Below are positions 1-11,136 of a stretch of 64,000 nt of DNA, piece after piece. The stretch comes from Mantamonas sphyraenae STR306 (taxonomy: Eukaryota > Protista > CRuMs). The stretch is taken from contig JAPMXV010000062.1 in NCBI GenBank assembly GCA_026936335.1, positions 124,001 to 188,000 on the forward strand, in the 5' to 3' direction. The notes beneath the pieces are model-generated. The model was given only the letters and a program-made list of their open reading frames with translations. It ran no database searches and had not been told where the DNA came from. The position numbers and the translations under genes were made by a program. Each line of letters begins with the position of its first letter. Position 1 is the first letter of the stretch.

Positions 1-268
1 AAAGTGCGAAACGTACCACGTAAGGGCCATACGCCGAATTTTGGCCAAAAACAACCACCAAGTCGCCTTCGCGTGAGTGTGCACAGTTCCACAGGTGTTC
101 CACGAGCTCCTCTTCGTTCGTGTAGCGCGGTCGGTCTGCAAGCAGCATCACCGCTGCGCAGCAAGAGTGCAGACACCTGCGCGCCTCCACAGGCAGCACC
201 AACACGCGCCGCCCACAGATCTCCTGGGGTGCGGCGTACATGCCCTTGAAAGGGGTGTAGCCCAACAT
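1..268 (-). CDS. Partial gene running off the left edge, unknown product
   Basis: ATG at 268 opens a stop-free frame to position 1 (MLGYTPFK...DRPRYTNEEELVEHLWNCAHSREGDLVVVFGQNSAYGPYV); typical GTACGT donor at 16-11. No family recognised. Confidence 0.4.
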   Translation of the reverse strand, partial: MLGYTPFKGMYAAPQEICGRRVLVLPVEARRCLHSCCAAVMLLADRPRYTNEEELVEHLWNCAHSREGDLVVVFGQNSAYGPYVVRFAL

Positions 269-566
269 CTTTAGCCCTGCGCACAGCCTCTACCTGTGTG
301 AGAGCAGCGAAAGAACGGAAGCGCAACACGAAAAGAATCGCGTGATCAGGAATCCCCAAAGAACAACACAAACTCACACTTAACCAACTGTAGACGAGAT
401 CTGTGCATGACCATGATGTGCAAACACGACTCGCTCGCCAACTGGGAATTTTGAACATCATTTTTGTGACTCATGGCAAGGTTGGGTTGGCATGGCTTCT
501 GCGGTGGGCCTCTGCCACGCACACCCACACCCACACCCATACACAACCCCTCGCAGGGCCCAGGTC

Positions 567-1830
567 TCATCCACACTTGCAGCCCTTGCTTTCCTTCTTC
601 TGATTCTGTCCGTCCAGCTGGACGCCGCCGCCCTTCTCCTCCTTGCCTTGGTCCTCGTCCATAAGGCGCTTCTTGATGTCACGTGCCAGCGAAATGAACG
701 CCTCCTCCACGTTGATATTGTTCTTGGCCGACGTCTCCAGAAAGTTGATTTCGTACTCGTCCGCCAGCGACTGTCCTCGCTGCGTTTCAATCACCTTTTC
801 GTCCGTCACGTCGCACTTGTTCCCAATCAGGATTTTGTTCACGTTGTCTGTTGCATGCTGCTCGATATTGCGGATCCAGTTGCGGATGTTGTTGAACGAC
901 TTTTCGTCCGTCACGTCGTACACCAGCAGGATGCCCATCGCCCCTCGGTAGTACGCTGTGGTTGGTGGTGTGTGTGCCGGCCACATTCGCGCGTCAGCGT
1001 CCACAAAACCCTCCCCACAGCAGCAACACGTGAGTGTCACTCCCTCGCCGCCCACATCACAGGCCATACTGTATCCACACGCGTCGCCTAGCATGCATCC
1101 GCACACCCCTCCTCGCCTCCATGCCCTGCAACGGTACGTCGAGAGGGCGGAAACGCCAAACGCCCAAACGGGCCGCAAAAAACCCAGCGGCGACCCCAAC
1201 TGCTTGCGAAATGCCCACGGCTGCGTACCACACACCAACCACACCGTTCCGCCATGCACACCCCTCCCGTGTCCAACCTCCCACTTCATGGTCTGTCGTT
1301 TTCGCTTCCATCTCCCTTCCCTACCTGTCGTGATGGTCCTGAAGCGCTCCTGACCAGCCGTGTCCCAGATCTGCAGCTTGATCTTCTTGCCGTCCAGATC
1401 GATCGTGCGGATCTTAAAGTCAATGCTGTGGGTGTCCATGTGTCGTGTGAGCTCCTCTCCCTGTTCCAATCCCCATCTGCATGTGCTGTGGTCCACCCCT
1501 CGGCCGCTACGCACGCCCGGGTGCTCGCGGCCGACGCTCCCAAAGCGAATTCGCCGTGGAAAACGCACCCAATCGTTGTGATGAAGCTTGGCGTGAACGT
1601 GTCGTCCGCAAATCGTAGCAAGAGACAGCTCTTGCCAACGCCTGGATGGGTGTTTGTCGTGTCAGCTGCCCTGTTGCCTGTGCTGCGGTCCGTTTTTTCG
1701 TCTCCGGCCTCCGGCCAGCTGCTCGCTCGGTCCCCCTTCCGTTGCCCTCCAACTCACCCGAATCGCCGATCAGCAGCAGCTTGATCAGCATGTCATAGTT
1801 GCCTCGCCCAGCGTTGCCTCCAGTGCTCAT
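567..1830 (-). CDS. RAB8: Rab8/Sec4-family small GTPase, 4 exons (1830-1758, 1641-1569, 1425-1325, 955-567)
   Basis: Spliced product contains [64 protein letters not shown] and C-terminal CKCG prenylation cysteines; all junctions GT-AG and phase-consistent. Confidence 0.95.
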
Positions 1831-2162
1831 CCCTATCCGTGTCAAGTGGAGTGAGAGTGGGTGTGTGGGTGTGTGGGTGTGTGTGTGAGTCAGCGTGAGC
1901 AAGCCCATTTCCCACCCACAACGTTTGCGTCGCCCCCCACGCACGCACGGTGTGACACAGCCACACGCATCAGAACACATGTGTTCCTACGTGCATACAT
2001 GCAGTGCACACGCACACACACACACACACACAGTACACATGTGCACGTGTGTGTTGTGTGCAGGCAGTAGGGACGCAGGGGAGGGCAGCAAGCGGAGGCT
2101 CGGAACTGACTTTGGCTTTCGTTTGCCAAGCCAGCGTTTGCCCCCACACCTTTTTCCGTGTG

Positions 2163-5100
2163 ATGGAGAAGAGACGGCACGCAGGGGGAGTGGATCCCAA
2201 ACAGTATGCCACACCAACGATGGTGTCGCGTTTCGAGGCCATTGCTGCGCAGTTGCAGCAGGAGGGAGTGACGGAGGCAGGAGGCACCGACGACGCCAGC
2301 ACCTTGGCTTCCATCACCGCCGGCCTGCTCCAGTTTATGGAACAGCAATTGGGAATCAAGGTAAGTCACATCATGCCGTTCCGCACACCCCTGTGTGTGT
2401 CTGGGGCCGGGTCTGGGTCTGATCTTGCCATCCTGTCAGCAAGGGGTGGGGCTCGTAAACTCGGATAGGGGAAAGTCGACACGCACGTCACGTCACACGC
2501 CACCACACACACTCACACACTCCCCCGCAAAATCCGTGGATGATTGTATGTGCGTGACCAGTCCAAGAGCGAGTACAAAGGGTCCATGAGGAAAATCCCA
2601 CGTGCTCTGTTTGAAGACTACAGCGCTACGGGTTCGTTGTACCTGATCTTGCGCACGGCGGTCGCATTCCGAAACGAGAACAACTGGCGGCGCTTCGACT
2701 TTCAATCCACCGCCAAGGAGGGCATCCACGTCCAACTGCTCCTCATCATACACCAGCAACTCAAGGTGAGATCGTGGGGATGGGAATGACGCCGCCAAAA
2801 ATCGGGCAACACATTCTTGGCGAGGATGGGTGATTGGCGGGAAAACCCTCTTCTGACGCACCGGTGGGACCACACACACACAGGAGAGTGGGTACATGCC
2901 CAACGTTGTGATCAGCATCAGTGAGGATGTGGACAGCGACACAGTGGCGCGCATCCAGGAGATTTGCACACAATGGCAGCTGCCAGTGGTGGAGAACGGG
3001 TCGAGCACCACCCACCTGTTGATCCAAGACCTTCCCGCCGACCCCAACGAGGGAGTGTCGGACTACCTGCGCACCCTGGCCGAGGAGAACAATCAGAGTC
3101 TGGTGCATTGGTGGTACTATCCCAGCTCCTACGACGAGTGGTTCCCGTCCTCTGCCGTCGACGGAGAGATGGAAGAGGAGGAACCTGCACAGAAACCCTG
3201 GGTGGTCCACGCCCGCTGGCTCACCGACTCGTACAAGTTCAACGAGTTTATGGTGGAAACAGACTACACCCTCAGTGTGGATGACGATGATGATGACGAT
3301 GAGGAAGACGATGACGGCATGGAACAGGACGGTGTCACAAGCAGCAGCAGCAGCAGCAGCAGTAGCAGTAGCAGTGCCAGTGGTGGCAACAGCAACAACC
3401 AGAGTGCAGGCACAGGCAGGGACTCACTGCGCAGTCGCAAGCGATCCTATGCAGACATGTTTTACCAGGCATACACAGAGGCACTTTTCAGCAAGCGTCA
3501 GAGAGCCAACGAAGGTTACATCCGCGCCTTTAACGTCGCATACGAACACGCCACGCAGAACGAGAATGGCCAGCATCCCATGTACGTGTGCAACGAGAGA
3601 TAGGGTGTGTGTGTGTGAGTGTGGGTGTGGGGTGTGGGGTGTACGTCGCTGACACTGTCCATTTGTGCTCTTGTCCCAGCCTTGTGTCCCAGTACCTGGA
3701 TGGCGTTGCCCAGCCGCCAGCGGTGATCAACAGCATGAACGACCCCATGCTGCTGCAAGGAGTGGCAGATGTGGGCCAGGAGCAGCTGGAGGTGTCTGCT
3801 GTGCCAATGCCCAGCTATGCGTCGTGGTACGACCCCGACAAGGTGTCAGCGTTGGAACGTGAGTCGCTGCCAGAGTACTTCAACGGCACCAGTGCATCGC
3901 GCACGGAACACGCATACGTCAAGTACCGCAACTTTATGGTGGATTCGTGGCGACAGAACCCCGGACAGTACCTGAAGTTTACCTCGTTGCGTAGGGTGCT
4001 TGTGGGTGACGTCACCTCCCTCAAGCGTCTCTTTGACTTTCTGCAAAAGTGGGGGCTGATCAACTACAGTGTGGACCCGCAAACCATCCCTGGTTCGTTT
4101 GCACCGCCCTCCACAAGCAACTATGCCGTGGTCGGCGTGCCTCCGGGTCCCACCCATCCGGGCAACACCACAGACATGCAGCAGCTGTTTGCACGCAACC
4201 CCATCACAGCTCCCTCGGGTGCCTCTCTGTATGCAGGTGGCGCTGGTGCTGGTGGCGCCGCTGGTGCGGGTGCGGGTGCGGGTGCGGCGGAAGGGCACAT
4301 CGACGCAGGCACCATCTTTGCCGCCGCACGTCTCTCGGTGCTCTTTTGCAACGCATGCAAACGGGAGTGCAAGAAGCAGCGGTACGTGTGCACACGCAAG
4401 ACTGGCATCTCCCTGTGTCAGCCATGCTACGAGGCGGGCAAGTTTGGGCCTCGGCTGAACGCAGACGACTTTGTGTACGTGGCAGAGGACGACGGCGACG
4501 CCACCTCATCGTCATCCTCGTCATCATCGTCATCATCGTCATCATCATCCTCGTCATCCTCCTCTGCATCACGAGGCGAGTGGAGCGACAAGGAGGCGGT
4601 GTTGTTGCTGGAGGCAGTCAAGAAGCACGGACGCGACTGGGCAGCGGTGGCAGAGGCCGTGGGCACAAGATCGGTGGAAGAGTGTGTGCTGTACCTGCTT
4701 CGCATGCCCACCACCGAGCCATACCTGGACGTGGAGGCAGCAAAGACATCCAGGCAGGCCAAGCAGGAGCAATCAGGCACACCCGCAGCCTTTGCCGACG
4801 AAAGCAACCCTGTACTCAAGACGTGTGCCTTTCTCACTGCCAATGTGCACCCAGAGGTGGCCAAGAGTGCAGCCAAGGCGGCATTGGATGTCTTTATTGA
4901 CCTGAAGGAGGCCGACGGCATCCAAAGCGGCAAGCAGGAACCCAGCACATCATCATCATCGTCATCATCATCATCATCGTCGTCATCATCGTCCGACATG
5001 GATACAGAGCCGTCACATGGGGGCATGAACGGCAGCCAGTATCGCAACGGGGACACGGGAGCAAGCATGAGCAGCAGCAGCAGCAGGGGAGGAGATACAC

Positions 5101-5399
5101 AAGAGGCAGGGAAAGGCACACGTGCTGGCATTCACAAGCAGTTGCACACGATTTCGGCCACGGCAGTGGGTGTGGCAAGTGTCAAGAGCAGACTGCGTGC
5201 TGAAAAGGAGCACCAGGAGATGGAGCGTCTGCGTGCACGGGCCATCCAGTACAAGCTGGACATCCTGGACAAGCAGAGCAGGGCATTGCGCAAGATGATG
5301 GACCTGGTGGAGCAAGAGAAGGCTCTGGCCAAGGAGCTCAGGTTGAGGGCTGTTCGCACGGTCTTGGATGAGATGGACGGTGGCATGGACGTGGAATGA
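2163..5399 (+). CDS. SWI3: SWI/SNF core subunit SWI3/SMARCC (N-terminal module with chromo-like domain, SWIRM, ZZ finger, SANT, coiled coil); exons 2163-2360, 2562-2765, 2884-3581, 3680-5399
   Basis: SWIRM (PSYASWY...LPEYF...YRNFMV...FLQKWGLINY), ZZ-type CNAC..C..C..C, SANT (WSDKEAVLLLEAV...DWAAVAEAVGTRS), PAAFADESNPV; GT-AG phases consistent. Confidence 0.92.
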
Positions 5400-5433
5400 A
5401 GAAGCATGACAAATCCACACCCGGGTCAACTTG

Positions 5434-5464
<31 letters not shown>

Positions 5465-5516
5465 TGGCATGGAAGGGCAATGGCAACAGCAGGAGGTGCT
5501 GCTTTTCATTTTTGCT

Positions 5517-6673
5517 CTACACACTGTAGTTGGATGCAGCCTTGTCAAAGGCATCCTCAAGCTGGGCTACCTTGAGGGTGGTGGTGTGATTGGGTGCCAC
5601 ATTCTTGAGCTGGTTGAGATAGCGGTTGACCAGTTCGTCGGGTTTGCCGTTGTGCTGCAACGAGGTGATAAAGTTGCTCAGAGTCTCTGGATCGGTGCTG
5701 TTCTTCTCCATGGCCTCAAACAGCGTCTGTTCCGCATCCTCTGCATTCTCCCTGTGCAGATGGCATGCCGCAAGGCCATTCAACAGTGCACTCGTCGCAT
5801 TGTGCTTCATGCGCAACTCCTCGTACACGTTGAATGCCTCCAACAGGTCTTCCCCCGTGTACAGGTTGACCCACGCCGTGGCCAACTGTGTCAACACATC
5901 GAAATCCTCAATCTTGTCCATCAGCGCCGCCTCTTCCTTGGCCAAATCCGGGCGGTTCATCTGCAGCAGACACTGTACACTGAGCGCATGGCTATTGTGT
6001 TCGTAGTGCGTATGTGAGCGGGTGTCGGTGGCACGTGTGCAATCCCAAGCGTGGCCATCAACAGATGGGTGCGTTGGAATGTGCATGGTGTGTCCCGTGT
6101 GCGTGTGTGCCGTGTTGGCGCTGTGTCAGCTCAGGCCGGGGTTTTTGGGCTTTGGCCCTCCCCTCCCACACCACGCGCGCGCTCGGGGCACAGGGAGTGA
6201 TGATGAGGATGGATGGGCGTGTGATGTGTGGGTCGGGGACATGGGAACACCCACAACGGCCCGAAAACGCACCATTCAAGGCTCTTTCCGTCGTGGACAC
6301 AACGCAGGGCGTCGTCGTAGCGTGTGGCGTGGTAGAAAATGGAGGCGGTGAGGACGCGGAGGGTGTCTGACGTGGCCACCATGCCATCCTGGACCCAGAG
6401 ATCAATCTGAGCCAAGACAGCCTCATGGGCACTCTCATCCTGGAGATAGGTGGAAAAGAGACGAAGGGCCTGGAGAGGGAGAGGGGCGTCGTCCGGGTTG
6501 ATTTCGCTTTCCACCACCGAGTGGTTGCCCAGACACAGGTAGCTTCGGTACATGATGACATCCTTCTCCAGGGCTGCTTCATCACTGCTGGGACTCAAGG
6601 ACACCGCTGCGTTGATGGCAGACTGGTAGTTGCCCAGGAAGAAGAGGGTGCGCAGGTCGGCAAGCTCATCCAT
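5517..6673 (-). CDS. COPE: Coatomer subunit epsilon; exons 6673-6273, 5991-5517
   Basis: MDELADLRTLFFLGNYQSAIN, MYRSYL, LTQLATAWVNL, LLNGLAACHL, DPETLSN motifs typical of epsilon-COP. Confidence 0.93.
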
Positions 6674-6835
6674 GGTTGATGGTTGAGTTGGGTGTGTTCT
6701 GGTGGTTGCGATTGGGGAAGCACTGCACTTGCCATGGGGTAATTAACGTGTGTATGGATATGTGCAAGGGGTGAAGGGATGAATGCATGCATTCATTCTG
6801 CTCCTCTTGCTGATGCAACCAAAACCAAGGAACGA

Positions 6836-9403
6836 ATGAGGACGAGCAGGGCCGGACCTGAGCCCTCGCTGGTGAGCAAGGTGTTCAACCTCAGCACACT
6901 GCCCAAGATCATGGTGGCATTGGCTCTTGTGTACGTGCTGGTGTTCACCACATACTCGGGCAGTCGACGGGAGGGTGTGGATGCCATCAAAGGTGGTGGT
7001 GATGGTGGTGTGCAGGAGGGCTTGGACAGGGAGGCGCCACTGCCTGCGGGAATGGACGGCTGGGACGGCGATTCACAGGAGCATGATGGACACAAAGAAC
7101 AGGAAATCACAGATTATCCCTTTGATGAGATCCACGACGCAAAGAAACGGCCACAGCAGCAGGTGCCATGGAAGAAGGGCAAGGCCGGGGATCAGGGGTC
7201 TCCCTCATCATCCACCTCTTCTTCCTCTTCTGGCCACAAAGGACACAGTGGGACAGGAGAGGGCAAGGAGGAGGGAGAGGGCAAGGGCAAGAAGGGCAAG
7301 GATGACACAGGGAAGGGAAGCAGCAGTGGGACAAGGGAGAGTGGGACAAAGGGCAAGGGAAAGGGCAAGGGCAAGCAGGAGGAGGAGGCACGGCTGGAGT
7401 TTGTGACGTGGGTGGGAGGCAGCACGAAAGCACAGGAGGTGATGACACTTGTGGGATCCATTCAGGCATTGATGGATGAACAGGTGGATGCCATCCATGT
7501 GTTTGTGTACACACGAGAAACTGGTGGCAAGAAGAAGAAGAACGGGGCAGCAGCGTCGTCGCCGCCGCCGCCGGTCACACACCTCCTCAACGCGGTGGAC
7601 AAAGTCCATGTGCATGTCCATCACAGTCGATCAGCAGATGCTGTGCAATCACCCACAGAGACTCAGGTTGTGGATTCGCTGACAAAGGTGTGGGCCATGG
7701 GCAAGAAGAGCCGCAGCAGCCGTCGCAGCAGCAACACACAGTATGTGCTGGTGAATGCCAACATGGCACTCACCCGTGCGTTTACATCGCAAGAGACACA
7801 GGAGACAGAGTTGCATGCACGTGTGCTGCGTCCTCCAAAGGGGAGCATGGTGCCTGGGGCAAAGTCGGACGCCGTGTGTTCGGTGCGCTTCCACGACGTG
7901 TCGGAAGCCACGGCGTACGGACAGCCCGAGTCAGCACAACCCATGGTGGTGTCCTTGATTGGTGGCCAACATGATGGGTTGGTGTTGCGCTACTTTGTGG
8001 GTGCTGTGCATCGGTACTGTCCCACCTGCCACGTGCTGTTTGTCCTTGATCCCGGCGTGCCACCATTGACCCGCAGTGAGATCAGCACATGGAAGCACTC
8101 CCAAACCGTGTCTGTGGAGGCATTGCGTGAGCAGGGCTATCTGTGTGCCCAGGGTGACATCGATCCCATGGCCCTGCTCGTCTACGCTGCCACCCAGCAA
8201 CCCCACCATGTCAGCACCATCCTCTACCTCGACCCCTCCTGGGTCCTCCACACAGACGCTGCCCCTGTCTTTCATCGCATCCTCACCGACGGTGCCCTCC
8301 TTGTCAACCAACAGGGGGCCTGCGATCGTTCTGTGGCCGCCGTCCAGTTTGGCAGCAAACTCTTCCAGAGTCTGGTGATCCCACGTGCACATGCCTCCAT
8401 CTACGAGTGCTCGCACGCACGCTATGCCATCCCTCCGTCCCAATGTGTGGCCACCCCCGAGCAGGCGGGCATTGTCAAGCAGAAGCCGGGCATGGATCTG
8501 GATTGCTACACCGACTTTCGCGACTTTGCCCCCGGTCACATGCCTGATCCCACCCTCGTGCAGAGTGGCCATGAGGACTACTTTGACACAGAGGTGGAGG
8601 CAAAGGTAGCACAGCGTGGTGGCGATAAGGTGGTCCGTATCGGCTTGGGAGTGCCCACTGTGACCCATCGCACCTCTGTGCGCGATCCCTCGGGGTTGCC
8701 TCTCTTCAAGGTGTTTCTGCCATCCTTTGTCACTTCCATTGCCGCCGACGAAAAGACTCGCTTTGTGTTTTACATCTATCTGGGTTTCGACGAGCAGGAC
8801 CCCACGTACGACCACGACGGAAACCGGCGCGAAATTGCCGCCAAAATGGTGGAGGCGACCAAGGGCCTGCCGGTGGTGTTCAAGTTTATGCGTTTTGTGT
8901 ACTCCAACGGCCACGTGACGATGCTGTGGACGTACTTGATGCGTCAGGCGCTGTCGGACGGATGCGAGTACTACTACCAGGTGAACGACGACATCAGCTT
9001 CAAGACGGCCGGATGGGCGTCCAGGTTTGTGGACACGCTGAAGAACAACCCCACCAAGGCCAACTTTGGGGTGGTGGGACCCAGGGACGAGGGCAATGCG
9101 CGGATCATGACGCAAAACTTTCTGCATCGCAACCACCACGACATCTTTGGATACTTTGCACCGCCGTCGCTGAAGAATTCGTTCAACGACGATTGGGTGA
9201 CACATGTATATGGGACGGAGAACACATTCATGATCAAGGACCAAGTGATTGCCAACTCGAACATGCTTGGCACACGGTATGCCGGGTGTGCAGCAGAGAT
9301 CCTGGGCAAGATCTACGAACGGGAGCTCCACAATGGACAGGCAAAGATTGCCGATTGGCTGCGACGTACAGATGAACGCAGTGGAGGTGTTCCCTTGCGA
9401 TGA
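6836..9403 (+). CDS. Type II membrane glycosyltransferase-like protein (TM anchor, Lys/Gly stem, C-terminal GT-A-like domain)
   Basis: Single-exon ORF; hydrophobic IMVALALVYVLVF near N-terminus; C-terminal YYQVNDD...GVVGP...TQNFLHR.H..IFG...N.F.DDWVT.VY pattern. Start could be 6779. Confidence 0.7.
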   Translation: MRTSRAGPEPSLVSKVFNLSTLPKIMVALALVYVLVFTTYSGSRREGVDAIKGGGDGGVQEGLDREAPLPAGMDGWDGDSQEHDGHKEQEITDYPFDEIHDAKKRPQQQVPWKKGKAGDQGSPSSSTSSSSSGHKGHSGTGEGKEEGEGKGKKGKDDTGKGSSSGTRESGTKGKGKGKGKQEEEARLEFVTWVGGSTKAQEVMTLVGSIQALMDEQVDAIHVFVYTRETGGKKKKNGAAASSPPPPVTHLLNAVDKVHVHVHHSRSADAVQSPTETQVVDSLTKVWAMGKKSRSSRRSSNTQYVLVNANMALTRAFTSQETQETELHARVLRPPKGSMVPGAKSDAVCSVRFHDVSEATAYGQPESAQPMVVSLIGGQHDGLVLRYFVGAVHRYCPTCHVLFVLDPGVPPLTRSEISTWKHSQTVSVEALREQGYLCAQGDIDPMALLVYAATQQPHHVSTILYLDPSWVLHTDAAPVFHRILTDGALLVNQQGACDRSVAAVQFGSKLFQSLVIPRAHASIYECSHARYAIPPSQCVATPEQAGIVKQKPGMDLDCYTDFRDFAPGHMPDPTLVQSGHEDYFDTEVEAKVAQRGGDKVVRIGLGVPTVTHRTSVRDPSGLPLFKVFLPSFVTSIAADEKTRFVFYIYLGFDEQDPTYDHDGNRREIAAKMVEATKGLPVVFKFMRFVYSNGHVTMLWTYLMRQALSDGCEYYYQVNDDISFKTAGWASRFVDTLKNNPTKANFGVVGPRDEGNARIMTQNFLHRNHHDIFGYFAPPSLKNSFNDDWVTHVYGTENTFMIKDQVIANSNMLGTRYAGCAAEILGKIYERELHNGQAKIADWLRRTDERSGGVPLR

Positions 9404-9527
9404 TGATGACGATGACGGTTGTGCACGTCAACTGAACAACAACAACGACTTGCAAAGAAATGGTGAATTGGGGTGGGGGGAGAAAGGGGGGCAATAGAGA
9501 CGGAAGTGGAATGGAATGCACATTTGA

Positions 9528-11067
9528 ATGGAATGTGTGTGGATGGAGTGTGTGTCTGACACGTTGGGGCGAGAACAGAGCTCAGGAACACCACCACCGA
9601 GCAAACGCTCCCTGGGACCGTTTTCGCCGGTGATGACACCATTGAACAAGGGCAGAGGAGGTGGAACAGGGTCGTCGTCCAGTTCTGTCTCGTCTGGTTC
9701 CATGGCTGGCTCTGTGGCATCGTCGTCAGGTGGATTGGGCGTGGGAGGAGGAGACACCAGCAGCTGGAACAGCAGCGTGCTCGGGGGAGCAGACGAGGCA
9801 AAGGCAAACAGCTTCAAGGTCAAAGCAGGCGTGGCCAAGATGCTCAAAGGAGGAGTCATCATGGTACGTGGACAGCCACAGAGCAAAGCGGGTTCAAGGA
9901 GGAGGGGGGCAGGTGTAAGGGTTGGCGAGTTGACACTTTCGCGCGCGGAAATCACACACCGCCACTTGGGGGGCATGTGTGCAACTACAGCAAGTGACAA
10001 ACGCAGAACAAGCACGCATGGCGGAAGAAGCAGGTGCAGTGGCAGTGTGTGTGGTGGCACCGTCGTTGCAAGGAATGTGTAGAAGTGGGGAGGGGAGGAA
10101 AGGGAAGGAGGAGCAGGAGGGGTCGTCGTCGTCGTCGTCGTCATTGTCTCAATTGTTGCAGTGCTCTGAATTGGGGGTCATCAAAGAGGTGATGACAGCT
10201 GTGACGGTGCCTGTGGTGGCACAGGTGCGCATTGGACACTATGGAGAGGCAAGTGTGATGAACCAACTTGGGGTGGACTATGTGGAAGAGTGCGAACTGC
10301 TGCCTCGAGCCACCCCAGACGCAGCCCTGGACAAGCATGCCTTCAAGACTCCCTGTTGCAGTGCTGCATCCACCCTGACCAGTGCATTGCAACGTGTGGC
10401 TGAGGGTGCGGCCATGGTGCGATGCAGTGCAAGGTCACTTGTGCAACGGCCCACCTATGAGACCACATCAACATCATCCACATCATCATCATCAACATCA
10501 TCATCATCATCATCAAATAAGACACAGACTGGCCTTGCATGGAATTGCAACGCAGAGGAGGCGTTGGGAAGCACGATGCATCAACTGAACCAGATGAGGG
10601 AGGATTTGGCCAAACTTGCCTCGTTGAGTCAGGAGGCCATGCAGGCATTCGGCAGGGATATCGATGTGCCCGTATCCCTTCTCACCCAGACAGTGGCTCT
10701 GAACCGGTTGCCTGTGGTCTACTTTGCCGCAGGACGCATCTACAGTCCGTTGGATGCGGCGTTGGCAAGGCAAATGGGTGCGGATGGCGTGGTGACCTCG
10801 TTGGATGTGTGGGAGCAGGCCGACCCTGCCAAGGTGGCGTCGTTGCTGGTGGAGTGTTGCACACACTATGACAACCCAGAGATCCTGTTGGAGGCAGCAG
10901 AGGCATTAAGTGAGGATAGCAACCACAACCACAACGTGGGTGGTGGTGGTGGTGGAGACGCTGCTGCCGAAGGAGGCAGGCACACCCTGTCGTCCTTCAG
11001 GCTGAGTCAACTCAGCGACTCTGACGATGATTCTGCTGAAGATGACTCTGAGGATGAGTCGGTGTGA
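9528..11067 (+). CDS. PDX1: PDX1/SNZ (PLP synthase) homologue with catalytic residues substituted; intron 9864-9990; start uncertain (9528, 9543 or 9633)
   Basis: FKVKAGVAKMLKGGVIM|QVTNAEQARMAEEAGAVAV, VTVPVVAQVRIGHYGEA, EGAAMVR, RLPVVYFAAG, PLDAALARQMGADGV, THYDNPEIL are collinear with the PDX1 family. Confidence 0.88.
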
Positions 11068-11136
11068 AGCGTGGTGGTGGTACTGTGTGTGTGAGTGAGT
11101 GGAGAGAGAGCGAGAGACAGCGCGGATGGACCCAGA

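Noticed and set aside
345-476. C/D snoRNA on the minus strand (ATGATG...CTGA)
   Set aside because: C box imperfect, no terminal stem and no recognisable rRNA guide.
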